In this document: positions 7,901-17,417 of the stretch, piece by piece
Position numbering within the stretch: the stretch's first letter is position 1
Layout: every line of letters starts with the position of its first letter
Source of the DNA: Azolla caroliniana
Lineage: Eukaryota > Plantae > Polypodiophyta
Direction of reading: 5' to 3'
DNA: 18,713 nucleotides
Assembly: GCA_043228905.1 (NCBI GenBank)
Contig: JBHGNT010000635.1
Coordinates: forward strand, 1-18,713
Program-made: the position numbers and the translations under genes
The notes under the pieces: model-generated
What the model was told of the DNA's origin: nothing
Database searches by the model: none
What the model saw: the letters and a program-made list of their open reading frames with translations, nothing else

Positions 7901-10900
7901 ATTCACCGAGATGTGAAGCCAGGAAACTTTCTATTTTCTCGGGAGAGACGGAATGGCTGGCTCGTTGATTTTAACCTTGCGACGGTTTGATTCTATTTTA
8001 TTGACTTTTGTTTTGTGACAGTAATTAAATATGATAATTAGACCATTGGATTATTCTCCAGTTATCTGCATCAGTAGTATACTTTTGTTTCAGTTATAAT
8101 ATATGATTATCTAATTATGGTTATGGCCTATTTGGATGCTTATATTGTGTATTAATCTAAGGCATGATTTGGTTTGCTTCCAATAATGCAGGTTCAACAA
8201 AAGCACGTTTCTTCAGGCGGTCAGTATCTGAAATATCATTAACTTTTGTATTTGTAATTTTGAATTCAGATTGTGAAATAAGGAGGATTGAAACAGTTTT
8301 CTTTATTTGGTAGCTTGATTGATATGTATGCCATAAATGACCAAAATGAAGGCCCATTCCATATTTTTCAGATTTCAGGTCTTCCATTGAGAGGATCTCT
8401 CTATGAATGAGTCATCATTCCATAGTGAAACTTAAAATTGATATTCTCTAGTCTAGGATATATCCAATTGTTCAATATATGTGTGCAATGAGTGTCAATA
8501 TATTTATAAACATATAAGACTATAGTATTGTGTGTTTTTGGTGATGATTATGTCCTAAAATAATAATCTGAGTGGAAGGATTTCATCATCTTTCCACTAG
8601 ATGATAGTAGTAATGTTATGTCCTATGCATGCGTTGATATTCCAAGCTACTATATAAGTGCTCCTTTACTAAGTGTAATCAGATTTTCTTTATCCATATG
8701 CAAATTGCAGAAATTTCATCTAGTTTCTTTTTGTATGGTTTTATAGGTATGAAGTACCAAAAGAAAACCACAGAAGGTGGTGCTGACACATATAAATATG
8801 TACAAAAGTCTCAACAAGAGACTGAGTCAACCTCAAAGCACATAGTTCGGGAGCACCGGTCAATGCCTAAATATTGCAACAGATCAAATCGTGAAACTGG
8901 ACATTTTCAAGATAAAACATCCACTCCATCTAGTACTCCAACGTGTGATACGAATCTATCCAGCCGATTAACACAATCAAATATTTCTGAATCACACAAT
9001 TATATTGAGTTGACACCAAACCGTCAACGGAACAAGTCACATTTTCCAGAAGTTAGTCTAGATAGCTCTGGTCATGTTTTTCCTAAAATTTCTTCTATGA
9101 GGTCATCTCCTGCAAGTGGGCAAAGTTCTTTGGTGAAGGGAGCTACAAATGCCTTGAAAGGATCCAAGCCAAGCACGCAATGGGTATGTCCTAATGCATT
9201 TTTATACATTTGCGTGAATTTTGTGTAAGAAAAAACTCTTAATCACGTCTGTTTTCCCCAAATGCCTGAGCTTTGTTTATTTCACTAACTGCCCTTAGTT
9301 AATCCATAACTAAGAAAAAAAGGATGATTTGACATATAATTACTCTAATAACATGTAACTGAGAGAAATAGGATGAATTGATCACATAATTGACCAGATA
9401 GTAAATTTAATTTCTCTTTTGGTTATTGGTTAAAGGCATTTGGAGAAACACAGAATATTTCAGAGCTTTTTGCCTTAAAATGTGTAGTTGGAGCTTAACA
9501 TCCAAAAAATCTTTGTATGTTTCCAGTCACCCCTGGGGCAGCAACAGAATGGTGATACACAGAATTGTGAGCAAATGATTCCAAGGTTCGGTAGACGGGA
9601 ACTATGGGAATTTGTACAGAAGAATCAACAGAGTCCACAACCACCTGTTTCTGCTTTACCGAGTTCTTATAAAAAAAGAGTTGCTGCACCTCAGAAAAGA
9701 AAACATCAAAAGGTTTTAGTAGACCAGAGCTTATTGCAAAGCACTATGCCTATTTCGAGATTGTCGTACGTAAAAACTCCTGAATTGGGCCATCCCTCTA
9801 AAGCTCGAGGTAATCCATGTGGCATTATAGAAGCAAATGTTCTGTATATTCTCTTTGTTGATTCTTTTGATAATTATCATGTTTGTACTTCTTCAGTGAT
9901 GCAAAAAATGAGAAAAGAAGGGCCATGTGCTGGTACTAAAGGGTATCGTGCTCCAGAGGTAATTTTTTAAGGGATACATTTAAATAGGGAAGTATTATAT
10001 AGTCAAATGGTGTAGGTCCTAATGTTCATACACAAGTTTCAGGTTCTTTTGAAGTCTCCTTTTCAGAATGAAAAGATTGATATCTGGTCAGCTGGGGTCA
10101 GTCTCTTTCAACTTATTCTTGGGAAGTCACCATTTTCATTCTCCAGCAACCTAGACCAGTAAGAACTCAATTTGTAGTCGGGGAACTGATAAAGGAGACA
10201 TTACAGTATGCAATAAAGTTAACCAAATACTCTGTACTACATACAAAATACTATAGACATTTATTACTTCCAAAGAAATGTCTACTATACGTTCTCTATC
10301 TTTCTTACATCAGAAATTTACTGCTAAACAGTCACATTCGCTTACAGGTCATTATTGGATATATCACAATTTTCTGGCAGTGATGCAATCTGTACACTGG
10401 CAAAGGAACATAATCGCGAAGCTACTCTCCCCAAGGTAAGCTTTTTCATTGTAATATGATATGATTGCCATCCTTATTCGTTGTCATCATAGAAATATAA
10501 GATTCTGGATGATATGGAGCATGTTTCCTTGCTTACTATGAGATACTTGAGGCAGGGTATGATTGAACATTTTATTAGCTTTTATGGACATTCTCATACG
10601 CACCAGGTTATGGACTATTATTCCATGGAAACGTTGCATGGGTATCTGTTGGACAATGTATTATCGTTTCACCACATGACATAAGTTATTCTATTGCAAA
10701 TTTGAACGGATCTCTGCTAATGAATATAGAGCCCTGTTCGTCTTAAAATAATTGTGTCCCCCCCTCCTGTGGACTAGATACCTTGGTGATAAACAAGAAT
10801 TGGGTTGGTCACACCGAAAATTTGTATGTTACACTTTAATACAAGCCTTTCTTTAAGGTTTATAACTATGTAACAGGTAAGTCATATCCATACGCATGGT

Positions 10901-11364
10901 AAGAGAGTTTTAATATACTGTCATAATTTTTATTATTGTACTTGAAGCTACCATAGGTTGCCTTTGCCACTAGGAATGCCTAGTTTCTTTGCATTTCTCT
11001 TGCTGCAATAATGAGGGTTTACCGAAGGAAATTTCTGTTATTAATGTCAAATTGAGCAGTGGTTCTCGACTGATTTTGATGCCATTTAATGTTTTGAAAA
11101 CATACATGATTTCTTGGCATTTTCTAATCCTTGATTAACAATGAATAACATTTACAGGAGGTTAGCTCATCCAAACTACAGCCTTGTTCAGTGCAGAATT
11201 GGTGTGAGAAAAACATAAAGAGGTCGGATATATTGCCATTGGTGCCACCGTCTCTCTTTAATTTGCTTGAGAGATGTTTGCAAATAGATCCAAGAAATAG
11301 GATTAGTGCAAAGGAGGCATTACAACATGAATTCTTCACATCTTTTCAAAAGACTTGTTATTAG
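4949..11364 (+). CDS. CDC7: Cell division control protein 7 (CDC7/DDK catalytic subunit) Ser/Thr kinase, plant type, multi-exon, ~998 aa (969 aa if 5215-5301 is spliced out)
   Basis: Hand-built model, all introns GT-AG and phase-consistent: join(4949..6268, 6867..6927, 7016..7078, 7174..7237, 7334..7427, 7505..7588, 7895..7984, 8192..8219, 8747..9183, 9527..9809, 9897..9958, 10043..10158, 10348..10435, 11158..11364), total 2997 nt. N-terminal AWILVGLLLRHG...LCTLPFSPLSLSRNGDVTFS resembles the plant CDC7 N-terminus. Kinase motifs: LPSFEGFIVESIEGSGGYGTVYK, AIK, LEYVEHEKPEVLKKEI, HRDVKPGNFL, DFNLA, a ~250-aa insert, GPCAGTKGYRAPEVL, DIWSAGV, LLERCLQIDPRNRISAKEALQHEFF, stop TAG at 11362-11364. Confidence 0.93.
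6472..6680. repeat. Intronic tandem duplication (93-bp period) derived from the CDC7 exon1/intron junction
   Basis: ggggaatgctaggcatgtttattacattgacatacacactgt.tttataattgtatatagactgatg starts at both 6518 and 6611. 6478-6492 (ttgttcaagtcaggt) repeats 6256-6270. Confidence 0.85.
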
Positions 11365-12524
11365 CATCACTATCTTGCAATCAAGAAAGGCTATACATAT
11401 TGCGTTCAAGAAAGGATATATATATATATTATAAATTGCAAGCAAGAGGGCACACATATCTCTTGTAATTTGTTTTGCTTAGCAACGTGTACACCTTACT
11501 AATTGAGTTAACCTTTGTCTTCAACACCAATTGTACGAATATGTATCTAACAAGGTTGTATTAAACAAGACATTATGTGCGAAGCACAATGTGATGAACT
11601 GCCTCCCATTTGTAGAGTGTTGGGTGTTATGAATGAATTAAAACATAAAACTCGCCAAGTAGGCTTTAAATATTGGTAAACAAAAAACATCATGTAACCT
11701 TTATAAGGAGAGTTAGACTTTAATCTTAATATAACGGCTTTCTTCTTACTATTAAGAGGGGTTATTTAAATGCAAGCCAAAATCTTGGTTGATATACTGA
11801 ATGCAGTTCTAATTCTACTCTCAAAATTGCACTAGTTATGGAACTCCCTGTAGTTGACTATGTCCCTTGAAGCGCAAGACAACTGCAGCTTAAAATGGAG
11901 GTATTGGTAGTCAACTTCAAAGTTGACATCCGGATTAAGATAGACACTGATTGCTTCAACTCATCAAAGAAACTGAATAATTTCCAATAATTCTGAGTGA
12001 TATATAATGGCTTAAGTGTGACAATCCACACGAACAATTCATGTTGATGTTGACCATTGTGAGACAATGGCTCCTCTCCATTTGCTAAGTACTTGTACAT
12101 TTCATTTCCCATATCTTTCTAATTGGACAAGTTTATAGGATAACATGTTCAAATGTTGTCTCATCTTTGAGAACAACAAACCAAATAAAAAGGGAAGAAA
12201 CAATTGATCTTGTGGCCACGTTAGCATGAAAAGCCCTAAATAATGTAAGAGACAACAAAGATTACATTTTTTGCCTCTTCTAAGCTTCCTTTGTCAGTTT
12301 TCATCTTGAGCTTCATTGTAATTAGCTTATCATATTGTTAAGATGTTGTACTACTGATCCTAGGAGTTGGGATCAAAGTTTGACTTCCATTCCTTTTTAT
12401 TACACCATATATATTTTGTCTAATTACTAGAAGCCCATGTGCAATTACCAAGTCATCTACATCTCTCTCTCTCTAGGTGCAACTATGGACCATAGGGGTT
12501 GAATGCATGACCTTCTAGTCTCCA

Positions 12525-12820
12525 GTGGACAACCTTAGAGTATCATCTCACCAACTTGAGATTGAGAATGGTCATGCTAACGGACCCAAAGAAGAACAAA
12601 TATGTAGATCATGTCACATAGTGATAGAGGATGAGTATCACTTTACATGCAAGTGTCCACCTTACATTGAGATAAGTTAAAAATAACCAAGACATACTAG
12701 GAGCCTCTCCCACCTTCTCCCAACTATTGGATACCCCATATATTAATACACTAGGTAGGTATATCTTAGAGCTAAAACAACATAGAGATAATAAATTACA
12801 AAATGTTAACCATAACATTT
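12525..12820 (+). mobile_element. Non-LTR retrotransposon 3' remnant (RTEX/L2/CR1-type C-terminal zinc finger)
   Basis: Translates as LRVSSHQLEIENGHANGPKEEQICRSCHIVIEDEYHFTCKCPPYIEIS*, then DILG..TLGRYILELKQHR. This matches the LR.SSH.L.IE.GR...R..R.C..C...EDE.HF...CP.Y motif at the end of ORF2 in these clades. Clade assignment tentative. Confidence 0.7.
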
Positions 12821-12989
12821 TTAATATTCACCAACATGTAACCATTGGAATGTTTCAAGTATTGATTTCATGAGATAATTATGAACTATCTTGTTTGCCA
12901 AGTAGTGCACTAAATTGAAGTTTAGTAGCAAAGAAAGAAATTAAATGAATGGCAAAATTGAAGTTTAGAGATAATGATACTTTCTTAAG

Positions 12990-14060
12990 TTATGATTTCT
13001 ATAGCATGGACGATTCTCCGGGAAGATGAATGTTTGGTTGAGGCTATATTAAAACCTATTAGAATTCTAGCTAAGGTAGATAAGGTTTGAGTCCTCAACC
13101 CTGATCCTAATGATGTTCATCCATGGTGGGATTTATGGGTAGTGGGGAGAAAACCATTATGTGAATTGGAATGGGACCAAGGTGAATGGAAGTGGCTACG
13201 TAGATCATATTCTGGGGAGGATGTTAGGCCGATTCCGTTTTTTCAATATTCCGTTCGATTGGGAAGGGAGATGATACAACATAGGGTACCCCATTGGCCG
13301 ACAACTGCTACAACAGGGTTGACTTATAATGTTGATCCTACTCACATGACAACATTTTGGAAATGGGTATGAGCTATGCAAATTCCAAAGAAGATTATTC
13401 TATTTAGATGGTTGATTGTTCATTATGCTGTTCCTGTTAGGGTTTGGATGTATCGTAAAGATGTGGCAAGATGTGTGATTTTTGAGGGTTAGAAGTGGAG
13501 TCTCTTCAGCACCTTTCATGGTCATGTATGGTTGCCAAATTGGTTTGGAAAAGGTTTTTACGTCACTTGCATGAGGTGTATGGCTCTAGAGTATATAAAT
13601 GGGGGACAATAATGTGGGTTGATATTAAGGGTGAGGTACAAGATTATGAAAAAGAAAATGCTAACTTTGCATTATATACAAGAGGTCAATATGTTGAGGA
13701 AGTGTTGCCATGTATGCCTATTAATTTGGTCCAAAATGGAGTGGTTTAGGAGACAATTAGTTCAATAACCTAATGGGTTTTGTGGGCTAGTAGATGTTGA
13801 AGGATATTTCAACAAATTCAATGGAATGTTGTTGATGTAGTAAAGGAGATTTGGGTGACCTTGGTGCATACACTAAAAGGAGAATATGATACTATCAAAG
13901 GTGTTTCAGATGTAATCTTTCAAAAGCAAGAGGTTTTTAAGAAGAGATGGGAAAGGATGAAGGTATTATGCATGATTAATGGCAGTATACGTTGGAGGTA
14001 TCAGGCACTGATCTAGGCATTTCCTCCACCGACATAAGGCATGTGGCCATGTATAATGGT
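12990..14060 (+). mobile_element. L1-like LINE 3' remnant (zf-RVT region), degenerate
   Basis: FWKWV*AMQIPKKIILFRWLIVHYAVPVRVW..CDF*GLEVESLQHLSWSCMVAKLVWKR (~13355-13555) is the zf-RVT signature. Later ISSIT*WVLWASRC*RIF corresponds to the W.IW..RN..IF motif. Boundaries approximate. Confidence 0.75.
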
Positions 14061-14364
14061 TATTACTAAAGCTTTGGGATATATGTATGTCTATAGCAGT
14101 CCGAGAGTAATTGAAAGCATAGTATGTAAATTTGGGTTCGTCTAGCATAACATTCATTTTCCTACATTGGAAAATGAATGTGAATTTTATTCAAACATTC
14201 TTGTGTGCGTTTTTTGTCTTTTTTAGGTTTATTTACCTCATAATAAATAGTTAATCCAAAAGTATGGTATTTACCATTCTTTGAGGGTGTTTACCATACT
14301 CGAATGCGAATGCACGTATGGTTCATACTATGGTTGAAAGGGTAAAAATCTATGTTGAAATTTC

Positions 14365-15247
14365 TGTTGAGAATTAGGTCCCTTTCGGATGGGCCGAATT
14401 CTAGACAGGTATCAGGGAAGAAGATCAAATATGTAAATAGGTTTTGAGTGCCTATTTAGTCCAGTTGTGTAAATAACGCGTATGTTATCTAAGTATAAAG
14501 ATTACTAGGGAAAACTTTATGAGTAGAGTCGTCTTGTTCATAGTTTGAGTTGTGAGTGTAAGTGGTTTGTGTGTAACTAGCGCGTGCAAGGTCGTTGTAT
14601 CCATAGCCAGAATCGACTAAATGCTGTCGTGAAGAAAATCGTCCACAAGCGGAATCGATGCACCGGAGCGTAGGAACCGGCTCTTCATGCACGTGCGCCT
14701 TATGTTGTACATAGGAGATCCTAGGCAGGTAGATTCGGTAGGTAGGAAGTAAAGGGGAAACGGCTCCTTCCTTGCCTATAAAAGGAGGGAGACGAGGAGG
14801 GGCGAAGGATCGCAGAGAGTCGAGGACGAAGTGCTATCGGATTGCGGGCCGAAGGCTTCTCTCTTCCATACTCTGTAGCTCCTTTCTGTGCAGGTTTCGG
14901 GAGGCTCGCGCTGCTCTGAGGAATGCCCGAGTGCTTCCGGCAGCACCTCCAACCTACTCCTTTCTTTCTGTGCGTTTACGAACAGGCATCGGCATCTGTT
15001 CGCCGGCCTGTTCGGTTGTAACCGACTTCGTGCTTCTTGTTGTTTGTCTTGTTTATATAATTTTACATACATTCGTGTCTCTCTGTGTCGCTGTCGCACT
15101 CGCGTCTCTGTGTCGAAGGGTCGTGTCCCTGTGAATCTACGTTCGCACCTTGTGGGTCTCTTCCCCTCTCCTTTTCTCTCTTGCTCTTCGGTACAAGACC
15201 CCCGAGGTCCCGCCTCGTTCCACGCATCCGCGAGGATTACCTCGACA
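14365..15247 (+). repeat. 5' long terminal repeat (~883 bp)
   Basis: Starts TGTTGAG and ends CTCGACA (7-bp terminal inverted repeat, one mismatch), 3 nt before the PBS. TATAAAA at 14777-14783. The 3' LTR is outside the window, so the 5' edge (alternative TG at 14353) and TSD (candidate atttc) cannot be confirmed. Confidence 0.75.
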
Positions 15248-15250
15248 TCT

Positions 15251-15268
15251 TGGTGAACCCGACGTGAA
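15251..15268 (+). promoter_or_regulatory. Primer binding site complementary to tRNA-Trp
   Basis: TGGTGAACCCGACGTGAA is the reverse complement of UUCACGUCGGGUUCACCA, the 3' 18 nt of plant cytosolic tRNA-Trp(CCA) as I recall it. Confidence 0.85.
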
Positions 15269-15290
15269 AGAGGCGGCAGAAGAGTAGAAG

Positions 15291-17417
15291 ATGAAAGGGT
15301 CGGATCTTGCAGAGGCCATGGCTTCGGCCGTGGATCGGATATTGAGCACATGCGAGGGCACCGGCGCCCTCGATAGAGCCATTGAGGCGGTTGTCGGTAC
15401 GATCGGCCGGTTCAGCGGAAAGGATGCTACGAAGTATTTGGCGTACTACGGGGCGGAAATGTTGATGCGGGACATTCCGGAAGAGAGGCGTCTTGCCGGG
15501 TTCCCTCGAGTGGCGATGCCGAGCATCCATGCGGAGGTGCTCGAGGTACGGGCGGAGAGCCGTACCTGGGAGGAGTTCGAAGGCCGACTCCTAGAGAAAT
15601 ACGGGCTGGACGACGCGCTCCGGCTTTCGAAACGGGACTTCATGGAATGGGTGGAGTCCCCCGGCAAAGGAAGAAACGCGTCGGCACTCCTCCGGGAGTT
15701 TGAGGAACGCTTTGTGCGCCTCTCGGCGCTTGACCGAACCGTCCTGGATACGAGCCGGGTCCTACTGTTCGTCAAGTCGGTGGACGAGCGGGACCGGGAT
15801 CAAGTCGGCTCCTTGCTAGAAACCGAAGACGAGCTGACGACCGACTGGACTGCGGTTAAGAGAGTCTGTGGCCGTTTCGACAAACGGCGAGAATGGGCTG
15901 ACAACGGGGCGACCGGAGCGGGCTCTGTCACAGCAAGGAGGCTTGAACCGGCACCACAAGGGCGAAGGGCAGAGACCCGGGAGTGGCTCGGAACCGGTTC
16001 GGCTTCGACCGGCATGGTCAATGACTCGTCTGAAGGAGCAGCGCTGGAGGAGTTGACGCGGGCGATAAAGGATCTCCAGATCGCCCAGACTCGGAGGGAA
16101 AGCGGTGAACCGGCTCGAGACCGACGACCGACAGCAGGGAACAGGTGCATGTGGTGCGACGAGGTCGGCCACATTCGGAAGGACTGCGGCGATTTCGCCG
16201 AGGCGTTCAGGAACCGGGTGGTGTACCTGTGGGAAGGCCGGGTGCACGCCGGCGACACCAGAAGGGCCCTAAACCGAAACGACGGGTGAGGAGGTATGAA
16301 GAGACTGATGGAAGAGGCAGCGGCCCGACACGTGGAGGCCATCCACTACTCGGCGTCGACCGGCATTCGGGTCGGGGGCAGCGAGGCCCGAAAGGAGAGC
16401 AAAGACGGATTCTGGTCGGTAATGCTGGAAGGCCTCGCCGGCGCACGGTTGAGGAAAGACGAAGCGGACCGCGCCGAGAGACGGGTCCGGGAAGTAACCG
16501 GGTGGAGCGACCCGGTCGAGGAGAAGACGGGCTTCGTAGAAGCCGCCTGCCGGAACTACGAGGCTTTGGTAGAAGACAAACGAGTGGGGAAAGCCAGAGC
16601 GGCTGTGCCCTCACAACGGTACGAGACCCGATTCGGGCAGCGACGGAACGATGCCGGTGGGCCCAGCTTGCAAGATAACCCCAGGAAGGGCGGATACCGA
16701 CTGGGGACGGAAATAGAAAGGACTACGGACCTACGAAAGGTCCTAGAAGAACGGATCCTCGACAGCAAAGTGGAGTTGTCATTGCGGGAGGTGCTAGGGA
16801 TCGCCAAGAAGGAGTTCCACGACTCCATTGTGGACCTGGTGAAACGGAAGAGGCTGTCGACGGAGACGGAACCGGAAAGACCGGTGGAGGTGCAGACGAC
16901 ACACATCAACGCCATGGCGCTGGAAGATGAGTGGGCAGAGAGCCACTATTCGAGGCCACACTGGGCCCGAGCGACCACGGAGACCCCGATAAAGATCGGA
17001 GATGTTCAGGAAGTGGTGGTGGCATTGGTGGACCGCGGTTCGGAAATAAACCTGATGTCCATGGACTTCTATAAGAAGGGAAAATGGCCGATCAACACCA
17101 AGCACGGGTGGAAGATACGGGCGGCGACGTGCGCCACCGAGGAACTGCATGGGGCCCGCCCGAATGTGCGAGTCAAGATCGGCGACGTCGAGATTGACCA
17201 ACACTTCTTCGTATAGGAGACGTCCTCGCACCCGGTCATATTAGGGGAACCATACATCACAGCGGCGCGAATGGAGACCAAAGTGCTGGACAACGGTTCG
17301 GCCTACGCGAGGGTCAAAAGCCAGGACGGGCGCCATTCGGTCCAATTTCTGACGGTGCGGCCGAACCACGAGCGAAACCGCGAATCCCTCGGTGGCGAGA
17401 ACCGAGAGGATTTTTAG
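15291..17417 (+). pseudogene. gag: Retrotransposon ORF1: Gag + aspartic protease (two premature stops)
   Basis: ORFs 15291..16289 and 16296..17216 and the segment 17217..17417 are all in one frame. Zinc knuckle CMWCDEVGHIRKDC. Protease ALVDRGSEINLM...FFV*ETSSHPVILGEPY. The TGA at 16287 and TAG at 17214 are plausibly CGA/CAG C>T transitions. The frame ends at ...EDF* (17417). Confidence 0.85.

Noticed and set aside
11830-12120. Minus-strand ORF (84 aa) and a stop-interrupted alternative frame downstream of CDC7
   Set aside because: No recognisable domain or splice structure. It could be an old gene or TE remnant but cannot be supported without a search.
12912-12968. 14-bp direct repeat aaattgaagtttag between two LINE remnants
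   Set aside because: AT-rich, short, and does not bracket a recognisable element.
16287-16289. TGA after the Gag zinc knuckle as a programmed readthrough site
   Set aside because: Three other in-frame stops interrupt the coding region, two within conserved domains, and CGA>TGA decay explains this one. Only conservation across copies would rescue the idea.
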